Positions 15,712 to 29,287 of a DNA stretch of 64,000 bases are shown here, piece after piece. Below the pieces are notes generated by a model. The model was given only the letters and a program-made list of their open reading frames with translations, searched no databases and was not told where the DNA came from. Made by a program: the position numbers and the translations under genes. This DNA comes from the human T2T-CHM13v2.0 reference genome, Homo sapiens, in assembly GCF_009914755.1 (NCBI RefSeq), contig NC_060937.1; one strand, given 5' to 3'. Within the stretch, counting starts at the first letter, position 1. Each line of letters begins with the position of its first letter.

Positions 15712-18700
15712 ACTGTAGAAAAACAGCACAGTTCTAACCCCTTTCCCGGGAGCTAATCTCTCAATGAAGGGACTACTTAACCAGGCCAAGGAGTGACTGC
15801 CCAGGTAGCAAATGTTTCTAAGTTAGTGATTCCTTTTTAGAGCATTTGGGTCTTAGACAATTCAGTTTCAAAGATTCAGAAATCACATTTTTAAATGTCA
15901 AGAGGGCATGCATTGTATTATGCCATGAATTGCTCAGTAGCCGTGAATCTGACATGTTGAAAAAGTATTTTCATGGGCAAGAATGGAAATGAGAAGGAGT
16001 TTCAACCTAATGACAGTTTCAGGGTTTTACATGCAAGATGTATGCACTCTCAGGTCTGAGGTTTGAGAAGCTCACTTACTGGAAGGAAAAGGAAAGGAGG
16101 GGCTCAGTGAGGCGTCAAAGCCCTTTTCATTTTCCCAGCCTATGGATAATAGTGTTTTTTTCCATAACTCTTAGACCACCAACTTGCCCCAGGGCATCTC
16201 AAGCTGTTTCAATCCAGCCTCCAATCCTCCTCTATTTGCTGAAAGTGTAAGTGTGGAAAAATAGTGTCTCCACAGAAGGCACCATGCGCACTTGGGTTTA
16301 CAGTGTCTTAGATACTTGTGGTACATGATGCCCAAGTTGGAGAGCAGAACCATCCACACCAGAAAGTCATACTGTCTGAGAGAAAAGTCTTGGGGCCTGG
16401 ACTGGTGTCACTTCTAGTGGGAAATTGTGGATGAGATGCTGGAAGCCCACAAAGGCAAAGGCAAGTCCTCACTTGCTGAGAAAACAAGGAATAGTGAGAG
16501 TTCTCTGGTCCCTGGGAGCTATGGTGGGAAAGCTCATAGGATGAATGCTAAGACTCAGCTCCTGTGGGCTGCGTGTGTTCTGACTGGTGGTCCTGGACTG
16601 GTCTCATGGGGACTACTCTTCCTTTTAAAGCACATTTCTCAGATTTATCCCCAACTCCTGCTCCATGTTCCCTCAGATCCCCACAGTTCATCATCCTTCC
16701 TCTCCCCTAGAGGTACTGCCTTCCTTTTTCCTGCATCTTCCCCATATGTTCTTTCATAATAGCACTTGATGGTCCAATTTTTCTACAATTATAATGAGTG
16801 AGTTTTTCTTAGACAGCAGGAAAGACTTTTTCTGTAAATACCACCAGGAATGTGGAGAATGGGAAAGAGGGAAACATTTTCATTTTCATTTCTTTTACAT
16901 CTTTATTTGTATGATAAACAAAGAGAAAAAAATTCACATTGCCCTATTAAAGCATTATTCTTATCTCGTATTTGGAACCTAACTCTAAGGGAACCTACAT
17001 AATAATACACCTTGACACAATGCGGTATGTTAGGAAAAATGTCTCCACATTTCTTAGAAAAGTCATTCAAATACATTAACATCATTGTTTCATCTGTGAA
17101 GGCATCTCCAACCCCTCTAGATGAAACTGAACATCCGTCCTGTCTGTGGCCACTGTGCCTATCACATCCTTCTCCTTCAACATCTATCTTATTATTTTGC
17201 ATTTCACAATTTTGTGTTTTCTGTAGTAGTCTTCAAATTTCTCAAGGGTAGAAGTGCTGCAGCTTTCACCATAGTATACTGAGGGTTAAGCAAAATATCA
17301 GGGAAATGGACGTGCTTAATAAACATTCATTGAACAATTCTTTAAAGATCATAAAAATACTTCATTCAAAGGTTATTGGGCACTTAATATGTATGAAGTA
17401 GATGTATACGAAGTTACATAATTTCCCAAATTGACCAGGTTAGGGAATTTTTGGTGTCTAATCAACTGAAGCTTCAGCTTTGCCACTGAGTAAGACAAAC
17501 TATTATGGGATTTATTTGAGTCCCTATGTGACATAAAAAAGGACCCAGATTCAAGTTACACTGTCACTAATTAAGTGAACTGTGGTAGTTCGTGTAATCT
17601 CTGGGTCCCATGTCTTCTTCCAAAAATTAGTGAAACAGAGAATTATTTCTTAGTTCACTTATAGCACCAAAATTCTGTGCTTTCATGTGTAAGAATGGTA
17701 TGCAGATGCTCCAAGAAGTGGGAATATTTTACTATAAAGCTGCCCCATGCAGCTTTGTGCAAACAGCAATTGTGTGCACTTATACAATTAGTCATAATGC
17801 TATAAGATGAAAACTTTCCTCTCATTTTTTTTAAAGAAACTGTCTTAGTGACAATGCAGAATACTGTCGAAAGCAGTACCTAAATTGAGCAGACTCTCAG
17901 ACTCAATACCTTTTGTAAGATTCAGTGAAATTTTTCTGCTCTTACTTTGGGGAGAAGAAATTGGAAAATTACTGTTAGCTGACAAAGAAGGAAAATAACA
18001 GTGTGTCTTAGCCATTAGCATACTACCAAATCAAGGTGTTTATTTCAAAAGAGTCAGAACATCTAGTTCTAAAAGTTAGGCTTTTTTGAAAAAAAGTAGA
18101 ATCTTCAAAGACAATAATATATGTGTTCACAGCCTGCATCTTAGTGATGCATTTGTGGGCACGTTCCTATCATGTTAATGAGGCTTTTGCCACTGCATGG
18201 CCCCAGTGACAGTTGGATCCACGAACAGCAGTTCATCAATTGATTGCAGGTGTTTCCCCTTGGAAAATAAATACTGCGTGTTCATACCAGGAGGTGAGGG
18301 AAAATCGATTTTCAACAGCCACACAATCTGGTGAGTTCTGAAATATGGCTTTGGGAAGCAAATTCTCTTGCTGCTGGTTTCATACATAAATACATTCTAT
18401 TTATGAAATTTAGAGCCAAAGACAGCAATAGTAATAAGGATTCATAAACTGAAAATTAACTGCAGTACACCTAGAAAGGGACAAAACCTTATTTCCTAAT
18501 TAATAGATAATAAAATCTGAAAATATTAAATGTCAGTATCCATAATTATCCTTTTGGAAGTCATTTATATCCACATTGTATTAAGTTCCTCTCTAAAATA
18601 TTCTTTATCATCAATAGAAGAACAATTCAATGAAAAAGATGCCTAATTTCAATTTAGGAGCCTGCCCAGTAATGTACGTAATCTTATATTCACTAAGTTT

Positions 18701-19214
18701 GAGATTTCATTGTATATGTTATTTGATCTCTCCAATAGATGCTTGTGTCAGTCATGCCTCATTGGGCCTCCTGACTTTGTCAAATGTGCTTTTCTTCTTG
18801 GTAAACCTCTTTAGACTTTGAGTGAAGACCTACTTTTTTCTCCTAGTTGACCTGCCTACCTTTATCCTTTCTCACTACAGTCTGCTGTAGATGATTCCAC
18901 CAACACCATCTTTCATCAGCATTTTTCACACCTTGGGCCAGCTGTCTTAGGTTCTAAAGAAGAATACTGTTATACCCAGGAAACCTGATTTCCAAAGTTG
19001 AAATTTATTCCTTGGAAAATAACTACACATAATGGGCTGCTTATGGATGGTAGTTTGCACGCTCAGTGATAAATTTACACATGTATTCCTGCTCAAATAC
19101 CTGTTGAAAACCCAGAACCCTAGGGCTAGTTTCCATGAATGTTTCCTAGTTTCTAATATGTTAAATGTAAGAACTATATGTTTATGAGATATCTTCATGT
19201 TCTCAAATATATCC

Positions 19215-19409
19215 ATCTCAGCTTCAGCACGACTGACATTTGGGGACAAATAATTCCTTATTAAGGTGCTGTCCTATGCGTTGTAGAATGTATAGCAAAT
19301 CATTGGCCTCTGCAAACCAGATGCCAGGAGCAACCCTTTCCACCACTCCCAGAGTTGTGTTTCCATATGTCTCTTTGGGGGCAAAATTATTCCCAGTTGA
19401 GAACCATTG
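19215..19409 (-). mobile_element. MER20 DNA transposon
   Basis: gcacgactgacatttgggg...tgtcctatgcgttgtagaatg...gggggcaaaattattcccagttgagaaccattg. Confidence 0.85.
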
Positions 19410-20419
19410 TTCTAGAGCCTACATGGAAGAAAATATTGCACTTTCCTCACTCTGTGCATACATTATAACAAGTGGCAGTGGGAAATCAAGAAACAGAAAC
19501 TCTTTTGCTCATTTCCTCTGCCAAATGTTGAGGACCATGCCAGTTTGAGAGAGAGTATTCTGAGTTACTTTTAGTTAGGACCAGGAGACATATCTTTTAG
19601 TGGCTTTTTTTTCCTCACTATTTCTGTGAATTTGAACAAGTTTCTAAAACTCTGAAGACTTTGGATTCCTCATTTACAAGTTAGAAGTATTGACAGAATA
19701 GAGTTTTCCATGTTCTTTATAATGCAGTGAATCTTTGCTACCTACTTTACTCATTTGTTTTAAGGATAAATGGTGATACATGCAAATAAAATCAAAAGTT
19801 TACAGTCAAAATGCCTGTAGAAATGTAAGCACTACCTGTTCAGGTCATTCCTAATATCGTCCAATCTGTTACCTTTCCATCCCTTCATAAGTCCAACTTA
19901 AAACTCATTCTTTCTAGGAGCACTTTCTCAGTTAAGTTGTCCCTAATTCCAAACTGTGTAACTCTTGTTTTGGAATTTTCTTCAGAGCCAGTTTATGAGT
20001 CATTCAAGGAAATAAGTCTCATTACTTTGGAATCACACCTCGTTTGGGACCCCAAATAGAATTACATGGCTTGATAACTTGCTTAATTCACTAGGTTTGG
20101 TTTAAAAAGACTTCCAGTATTTCCAACACGAAAATCACTGTTCAAAAGATGAAGATTTGTCACCTTTGCCTAAGGTGGAAAGATTGTGCCATAGGCTGTG
20201 AGGAGAATGGCAAAGGGGAGACTTCATATGGTTTTGAGGCACAGAACCTTGAGAGACTGAGTATACTGGTAGTGAAAATAATCACTTTGAAGGTGGATTA
20301 TTATTATTCGAGTTTAGTTTGAGTTTGAACAACTTATTGCACAAATTTTTCTGAGTCATGTGTGTGTATGAGGTTATTTATCCTTACGTATCTGTTTTGC
20401 CTGTTAATTTGTGGCTCCT

Positions 20420-23015
20420 GTCCTCAACTTTCTTGCTTCTCCTGTTCTGTGTGCTCTCTTGGCTTAGCCACCACCTTAGCTAAACCTGACTCTGTTTTTA
20501 ACCTGTGCTTTCTCTTATGCAGTTCAATGTGGCCAAAGTAAAACACAGATCCTCTTGATAGTCTCACTTTAAATCCATAACCAGGAACCCCAAGTGAGCT
20601 TTCAATACTGCCTGACAACCTTCTTCTATTTCCCTATTTCATGGATGTATCTTTCTTCCAACCTAGACTATTCTTTCTTGCCCCCTTTCCTTTTTTTAAA
20701 CCTCTCCTACCTTCTCTCTCACCATTACTCTGAACTGATGACCTTGATTTCTACCATACTGAGACAAATGAAGTAATCAAGAGAATGTCCACAGACTCTA
20801 TCATGTCTTGAGCCTCCCTGCCAGTTGTGGTACCTCTTGTATGCTTTCTTTTCTGTTAATAGCTGAGCTACCCCTACTCCTATCCAGAATCAATTCCTCC
20901 ACCGTGCATGAGCGCCCACCTCCCCTGGCCTTTGAAGAGGCTGCTCCAGGGCATCTACCTTCTCCAATCGACATCGTTCTTTTCCCCTTTACTGGATCAT
21001 TCTCATTAGCATAGAAATATGTCTTAAAAACACCAGTCTGTTGATCCTAGTCGCCTTTGCCATTAACTTCTCAGACCTCTGTCTCTCAGGTTAGCAAACC
21101 TTTCTGAAAAAGTACTTTACACTCTTCCCACCATCTCTGACATTCACTCCAGCCAGGCATATGCCTTCACCATAACACCAAAACTGCTCTTGTTGAAGGC
21201 ACTAATTGGCCTTATTGTGGCTACATGCAATAGGAACTCTTCAGTCTTTATGTTACTCAGCCAAGTGACAGAATATATAGCTGTTCATCACTTCCTCCTC
21301 TCTGAAATACTTACTTTGCTTGGTTTCCTGATTCCCCTTCCTTTTGGTTTTTCTCCTTTACTGGTTGCTGCTTCTCATTCTGGTTTGTTCCTTCTCTTCT
21401 TCTTGGCTTTTCAATGTTAGCGTGCCCAGGGCTTATGCTACATCATCTTTCTCTTCCATAGCTGTTGATGTGGTTTGGATCTGTGTCCTCACCAAAATCT
21501 CACGTCAGATTCTATTCACAATTTGGAGTGGGGCCTGGTGGGAGGTGATGGATCATATGCGTGGAGTTCTTATGAGTGGATTAGCAACACTCCTTTAGTG
21601 CTGTTCTCTTGAGAGTGAGTGAGTGGTCATGAGATCTGCTTGTTTAAAAGTGTGTCACCTCCCCCTGCTCTCTCTCTCCCTCCTGCTCCAGCCATGTAAG
21701 ATGTGCCTGCGTCCTCTTCACCTTCTACCGTGATTGTAAGTTTCCCAAGGCCTCCCCAGAGACAGAAGCCACTATGCTTCCTGTGTAGCTTGCAGGACCA
21801 TGAGCCAATTAAACCTCTTTTGTTATACATTACCCAGTCTCGGGTATTTGTTTATAGCAGTGCAAGAATGAACTAATACAGCTATCCTAACTTCCTTGAG
21901 GGTTTTATTCATTATTATTTCCTGTGACACCATCTGCATGATAAGAATTCCCAAACATATATCAAAAACCCAGAATCAGCTCTGAATCCCAGCCTTGTAT
22001 ATCATGCTCTTCTTATACATTCTCCACTTGAGTACCAAATGGGCAGGACAAACTCAGCAAGGCAAAACTGAACTCTTGATCCTCCCTATTATACCAGCTC
22101 CACCCCTGTTTCTTCTTATCTGTGTTAATAGCAACTTCATCTTTCCAATTTTTCTGGTCAACATCCTTGATTCCTTTCTCTCACACCCCTTGTTCAATCC
22201 CCAGGGAATCTTGTCAATTCTATCTGCAAAATATGTCCAGAATCTGGACCACTTCTCACCACTTCGACTGCTACCACCCTGGACCAAACAGCATCACTTA
22301 TTTTTCTGGAATATTTCAGCAACCGAGTAACTGGAATTCATAATTTTACTCTTGTTCCTTGATGTTCTGTTGTTAACACAGTATCCACAGTGATCCCTTT
22401 AAGAATCTTGTTCAGTAGTGTACCTCTGCTGCTCAAACGATTTTCTTCCCCCGCAGAATAAAAGCATTCATTTTTTCAGTGGCTTGTAAAGACCTACATG
22501 ATCTGGCCTCACCTCTGCTTTCTACCTACTTCATCATCTGTAATCCCAATTTACCCCTGCAGTTCAAAACACTGGCCTTCATAATGTTCATTAAACACTC
22601 CAGGAACACAGCTTCCCTTGGACATTGCGTCATCTGTCCCCTTCGCCTGGAATCTCTTTTGTGACATTTGCACGGCTAACTCTCGTAGCTCCTTCAGGTA
22701 GTTCCTGAACTCTGCCTTCCTGCTGAGGGTGACCCTCACCACTCTGAAACTGTAACCCACGCCCATTGCTTCTCCCTCTCTTGTCTGTACTCCCAATCAT
22801 CAACTCTTTCCCCGTATTTTTATAGTACTGATTTTCTTCTCATGTATCATCTACATATTATTATCATCTAGTTGTTTCTCATTGCCTACATCCCCCAGGA
22901 AAATATGAGCTTCAATGAAGGAAGGGAGTTATTTATTTCTTCCTGTTTTATTCCAGGACTCACAATCATATCCAACCCATAGTAAGAGTCCAGTGAATAT
23001 TTTCAAAGCAAACAA
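20420..23015 (+). mobile_element. Long degraded LINE-2 (L2), interrupted by an MST LTR
   Basis: Pyrimidine-rich L2 body with aaaactgaactcttgatc, caaaatatgtccagaatctggaccacttctcacc, and an L2-like 3' end near 22990. Confidence 0.75.
21466..21880 (+). mobile_element. Solo MaLR LTR (MSTA/MSTB-like)
   Basis: tgatgtggtttggatctgtgtcctcaccaaaatctc...aattaaacctctt...aactaataca; 5-bp TSD gctgt/gctat. Confidence 0.92.
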
Positions 23016-23849
23016 TAATTAAATGTCTATAAAGAGTTGCCTCTTAGATATGAGTAATCAGTGTCTTTCAGTGAATTCAAACTTGTTTGATGTCAGGGAT
23101 TTCACTTTTTTGCCCATAACCTTTATCAGAATAATTATAGCATATGTATTCCTGCAGAAGGTGCTCAATAAATGCTTCCCAGATGACGCACATTTACAAA
23201 TATAATGCTTCCAAAGCTAATTTCAGTGCGGAGTTTTCTATAAGTCGTGTTTTCTACACAATTTTCAGAACATTGAATACAAATGAAGTAGACTTATACA
23301 CATGGCAAAGTCATCTTGGAGGACGCAATGTTTCTGTCTCTTACTGACTAGCAATTATAACAATGGAAATGTCACTGTGACAATATGCACTGTTGGTAGA
23401 TAGAAACAATCGTGCAAAGAGCTTGAAATTATAAACAGTTTGCATCGAATTATTCGACAACTTTCTCAATGCAGGCATTGATAACTAAATTACATTAATA
23501 AGAAAGTAGTGAAAATTAGGAAATTGCTGAAACAAAACTTGATTATTTTTAGAAAAGCAGTAGAGAAATAGGTCACAGTTGTGTCAAATTTGTATAATCC
23601 TAGAAACCCACGAGGCAGCTGGGACATGGGAACTATGCACAAACACTCCTGATTGATTGAATCCCAAGAGAGGTGAGTGGGCAAGGTAACTGTTAGCTGT
23701 GAAAACTGAGAAGATCAAAAGCACAATTTCTTAGACCCAGTGAGGATGAGCAGGAACAGACCCTTTGTCAACAGCCCGGTTTTGAAGGCTTTTACTTTTC
23801 ATTGAAAAGAAATCTTACAATGAATCACTCCAGCAGTACATAAACAATC

Positions 23850-24560
23850 CTCCTTAATCCTCTCTCCACTTTGTCTCTCATCCCTCTCTGGAATCTCTCT
23901 CCCTTATGCAGAGGTAACCACTTTGTATTATTTAGGGTGGCTCTCCTAATCAGTTTTATATACATTTACATCTACATATATGTATGTGTACATAAAGGTA
24001 TGTACTCCACACAAATGCACATGCATATGTTTTATATATAGTAAGTATAATACATAGTATGTATTGGTTTAGATGTATTATTTTTCCTAATTCTATGTTT
24101 TAGAGATATGTATTTGTCATTACCTATGAATCTATCTCATTCTATTTTAAGGCTTCTTAATTTTTAATTTTTGTGGGTACATAGAAGGTGTATACACTTA
24201 TATCTCATTCTTAACAATGGCTATATAATATTCCACAGAAGAAATATACCACAGTTGATTGGTTCTTGTAGTATTGGCTGATATTTGAGTTCTTCCAGTT
24301 TTTAGAGTTTAGATATGATGCAGAAGTGAATATTTTGTGTGCATATGCCAGTGCTTCCATAGGCCAGAGCTTTGAGAAGCAGAACTACTGAGTCCACAGA
24401 ATGTGGATTTTACATTTGATACTTGCTGCTAAATCGCCTCCATGAATGTTTCACCACTTTATGTTTCAATCTCCTATGTTTGAGTTTCTATTTCCCCATT
24501 CTGTCCCCAAGGCTAGATATTACCCATTCTTTTTAATGTTCTCAATCTGCTGGGGAGTGA
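23850..24560 (-). mobile_element. Old L1 (L1ME-like) fragment
   Basis: cagaggtaaccactt..., ggctatataatattccacagaagaaatataccacagttgatt..., agaagcagaactactgagtc. Confidence 0.6.
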
Positions 24561-25153
24561 AAAACAACTTCTGGTTATGTCAGGGTACTTTATTTTAAAT
24601 TCTTTGACATTAGAGGAATTTACAGGTTTAAAAACATACATACCTATTAGTAGATGCCACTGTTTTTTCCTTTAGCATTTACTACTTTTCTTCATCTTAC
24701 TTTTTTTTCCACTTGCTCAACTGTTTACCCTAAGGCAGGGAATCATTTAGGCTCAGAGAAAAGTGAGAGAGAAGGAAGAAAAATCAACACTTTCTACTCC
24801 TCCCCTGCTTTCACTTTTTTGGAAAATAGAAGGAAGAACTTAATATTTTAGAAATCCTAGACTAATGATTATTAGATTTGGTCCCATATTATAATTACTA
24901 GGCCCTTCTGGTTCTGTTTAGCTTTGTTTTAGTAGTGATATTAATCTACCCCACCAGAGATGTTAATTTAATTGTTCTAAGGCGGAGCTAGAGAAATTTC
25001 TTTTTTCTTACTTCTTACGTGTTAGTATTGAGAACTCTTATTTTTGGGAAGTCCATATATTTTTCTGGTCTCTGCTCAAAACCACAAACAGTCAATTTGT
25101 TAGAACCGGGGACTGGGCGGATTCGCATAGACCTACTGTAGACACCTAGGTAG

Positions 25154-26740
25154 GTTGGTGGCTTTTCAAAGTGTGTTTCAGGTTACCTTACTTGCCTGGG
25201 TTATCTGGTTTATGCCATATACAGTCTACATTTACTTTTTAAGCAGAAAACAGTATTTTGGAATCTCTTTCACTCAATTCTAATATGTATGCATACACAT
25301 TAGTTACATATATATATAGCATACATACAGTAGTATATATATGGTAGTGTGCATATATATGTGTATGTGTGTATGCATATGCATATATATATATAATCAA
25401 ATCATGTGTTTTGGCTTCAGAATCAGGGTTTTCAGGTTCCACCATGGGACCATGGATATTTACATGGGTAGAATACATGACAAAGGTAATAATTTTCCTT
25501 GTTCTTGACCACAAAACTGTAAGCATTGCCTTTCTCTTGAAAATAACTCCTTAGTGTATCTGTTGGTTTTACAAATATTCTTCTTAATCTGCCATTGCAC
25601 AACAAACTATCGCGAGACTCATGTTTAAAATAACAACATTAATTTATGTTGCTGCCGAATCTGCATCTTTGTCAGCTCTTGGTGGGGACAGCTCATGTGC
25701 ATTCTACAGGATGTTGGCAAGGGCAGGTGGCTCACATGGATGAAGGATCCACAGCCAGGATGACTCCTTCACATGGCTACAAGTTGGTGCTGTACTTGTG
25801 ATCCTCCACATGTGGGCCTCTACCCAAGCCTTCCTTATTTTCAAGAGAAAGGCAGTGCTTACAGTGTTGTGGCCAAGAATGAGGGAATTTATTACCTTTG
25901 TCATCTCTTCTGCCCCTGTAAATATCCAGAGTCCCATGGTAGAACCTGAAAACCTTGATTCTGAACCTGAAACAAATACTTGATTTTATAATTTATGTGT
26001 ATATTTAACATATAGACTTGTATATGAGAATTGGGAGAGAGAGAGAGTTCCAAAATATGTTTATGTTCCCTTTTGTGCTTTAAAAATTCAACCATTGTGG
26101 AAGACAGTGTGGCGATTCCTCAAGAATCTAGAATTAGAAATACCATTTGACCCAGCCATCCCATTACTGGGTATATACCCAAAGGATTATAAATTATGCT
26201 GCTATAAAGACACATGCACATATATGTTTATTGCAGCACTATTTACAATAGCAAAGACTTGTGAACCAACCCAAATATCCAACAATGATAGACTGGATTA
26301 AGAAAATGTGGCACATACACACCATGGAATACTACGCAGCCATAAAAAGGGATGAGTTCATGTCATTTGTAGGGACATGGATGAAGCTGGAAACCATCAT
26401 TCTCAGCAAACTATCGCAAAAACCTCATGTTCTCACTCGTAGGTGGGAATTGAACAATGAGAACACTTGGACACAGGGTGGGGAACATCACACACTGGGG
26501 CCTGTCATGGGGTGGGGGGAGGGGGAGGGATAGCATTTGGAGATATACTTAATGTAAATGATGAGTTAATGAGTGCAGCACACCAACATGGCACATGTAT
26601 ACATATGTAACAAACCTGCACGTCGTGCACATGTGCCCTAGAACTTAAAGTATATATATAAAAAAAAGACTGTATGTGACACAGGCTGGGTAATCTAGCA
26701 AAGTGAGGTAACCTGAACTACACCTTGAAAAGCCACCAAC
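25154..26740. repeat. Long inverted repeat: left arm 25154-25546; right arm 25835-26740, interrupted by an L1
   Basis: Hand alignment of 25414-25546 to the reverse complement of 25835-25967: 16 mismatches in 133 bp, no gaps. Outer ends gttggtggcttttcaa / ttgaaaagccaccaac also pair. Confidence 0.93.
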
Positions 26741-26895
26741 GTGCTGGTCGTTCTGTTCAAGAGCTGCCAGTGTCTTAAGATCTGGGTACAAAACCCAACA
26801 CAGCCTCACTTCTGCTGTACTCCATGTCCAGTCTCAGACTCCAGGTTCAAAGGATGGGAGCATAGATTCACTTCTAGATGGGAAGAAATTCAAAC
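25585..26895 (-). mobile_element. MLT1G/H-like MaLR LTR split in two (~25585-25834 and ~26737-26895)
   Basis: gcacaacaaactat..., ggtggggacagctc, ggatccacagccaggatgactccttcacatggctacaagttggtgctg, ctccacatgtgggcctct. Resumes with cacagcctcacttctgctgtactcc...ccaggttcaaagg...ttctagatgggaag. Confidence 0.7.
26087..26667 (+). mobile_element. 5'-truncated L1PA 3' end
   Basis: ttcaaccattgtggaagacagtgtggcgattcctcaag...gaacttaaagtata + A-rich tail; encodes the ORF2 C-terminus (ELEIPFDPAIPLLGIYPK). Confidence 0.96.
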
Positions 26896-27884
26896 AAACT
26901 AGGGTCACATTTCTAGAATACTGCATGAAACAAAAATCCCTATTTATACATTTATTCATTCATTCACATAAAATAAATCTTGGGTGTGTTTTGTAAAACT
27001 TTTCATCCCAAACATGATCTTTAGTTTGTAAAAAATAAGAGCAGATACTTAGGATAAGCTACAGCCAGCAACACTGCAGGCACATAGATATTGTTATTGA
27101 AATTTATCTGCACCTTCCAAAACAATCTTTACTCCTATTGAGTGCTCATCGCCCATCTGAGTAGATGAAAATAAAATTCACTTGATGCATTTTTTAAGAA
27201 ACCACACTCTCAGTTCATGCACTTGGTATGATTTATTTTACTGATCTGTTAAAGATTTCAGAGCTGATGAAGTGACATATTCTTGGTCAGTTAGTGACAT
27301 CCTCTTAAAATAATGAGGACAAGATTTTATTAGTTACTTACATCTTGAATCATTTTTATGTGTTCGGTGTACATTAGGGAGATTTCACCAAGGGATCTGG
27401 GTGACAAATTTATGAAACAAATATGAACATTAAAGGGTATCAGTCTAAAAGCAGTTCATTGTACAAACCACTTATAAGGATATGTTACATTTTAGCTGAG
27501 TTACAAAGCCTCAGTTGGTTCTAATTTTTTTTTTTACTTTTTTATTAGTTGAGCCTATGTAATAAATATCATAAAGTGCAAATATATGTGTGAGCTAATA
27601 TTAAAACTTGCTCCATTCCATCCCAGGAAATTCATCTCAGGAGCTGCTGCATGCTTCTCAAGTTGTTTTAATATAACAAAGCAAATGTCACTTTTCTTTT
27701 GGTGGCATGGCTCATTTCAAAAGTACCCTGAGCGTCTACACGAAACCATGCTCAGAGAATAGGACTAGGGATTGCAAATGGCATTTTCAACGAATTCTCT
27801 GAGTACATTAATATCTTTTTCCTGGATTGTGAATTCAGGCAACTTTAAAAAATTAAAACTACTCTTTCACTTTGGGGCCATTAT

Positions 27885-28196
27885 TAAGTAAAATAGGGAT
27901 GGCGTGACCACAAGCATGGAGATGTTGGACAGTCAATTGGGTAATCGAGACAGCTAAGTGACTCGCAGGCAGGGAACATCCACAGTGGGGACCCTCTGGA
28001 AGAGGGGAGGATTCATGCTCCAGGCATAACGGGACTGAGCACTGTGAGATTTCATCACACTACATAGAACAGCATGCAGTTTAAAACTTATGAATTGTTT
28101 ATTTCTGAAATTTTCCATTTAATATTTTCAGACTGCAGTTAATCTTGAGTAAATTAAACTTTCAAAAGCAAAGCTGAGGATAAGGGGGACTGCTGT
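27885..28196 (+). mobile_element. Tigger4 (MER46/Zombi)-type TcMar DNA transposon fragment
   Basis: gagatttcatcacactac...tttaaaacttatgaattgtttatttctgaaattttccatttaatattttcagac...ggataagggggactgctgta (terminal repeat + TA). Left boundary approximate. Confidence 0.82.
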
Positions 28197-28424
28197 ATCT
28201 ATAAAATGGGCAGGTATTTTGTATAAGATAATGGTGTCATAAATTTTTCTACAATCCAACAAAACTGTATTAACATTAAGGAGTCTGCCCCAACCACACA
28301 AAAAATTCATCACTTTGGTACTTTGACCCCTTAACTGTTTCATTTCTAGAAATGTTTTGGATTTCAGAAACTTGCATTCTCCTTTTTTAGTTTTGTAATT
28401 ATTGACAATAATACTTCTGAAATC

Positions 28425-28685
28425 TTTTTTTTTTTTTTTTTTTTGAGGTGGAGTCTCGCTCTGTCGCCCAGGCTGGAGTGAAGTGGCACGACTCGGCTCA
28501 CTTCAACCTCCACCTCACGTGTTCACACCATTCTCCTGCCTCAGCCTCCAGAGTAGCTGGGACTACAGGCACCAGCCACCACGCCCAGCTAATTTTTTGT
28601 GTTTTTAGTAGAGACGGGGTTTCACCGTGTTAGCCAGGATGGCCTCGATCTCCTGACCTTGTGACCTGTCTGCCTCAGCCTCCCA
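28425..28685 (-). mobile_element. Alu SINE (AluY-like), 5'-truncated by ~40 bp
   Basis: T-tail, gagtctcgctctgtcgcccaggc...ttcacaccattctcctgcc...ttcaccgtgttagccaggatgg; TSD ctgaaatcttttt/ctgaaaccttttt. Confidence 0.96.
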
Positions 28686-28886
28686 CTGAAACCTTTTTAA
28701 AATAGAATTTAATCTCCATAAATAGGCTAATATCTCAAGCCAACTGATGAAATAATCATAACGATACAGCTACTTCCCTTAGGATGATAACATTTGTGAG
28801 GATACCTATTGCTTTTTCTTACCTGCTAAAATTCAGTATTCTCTCTGTGTAGTGTCAGCAAGAGCTGGACATAAAGAACAGTTCTG

Positions 28887-29287
<401 letters not shown>

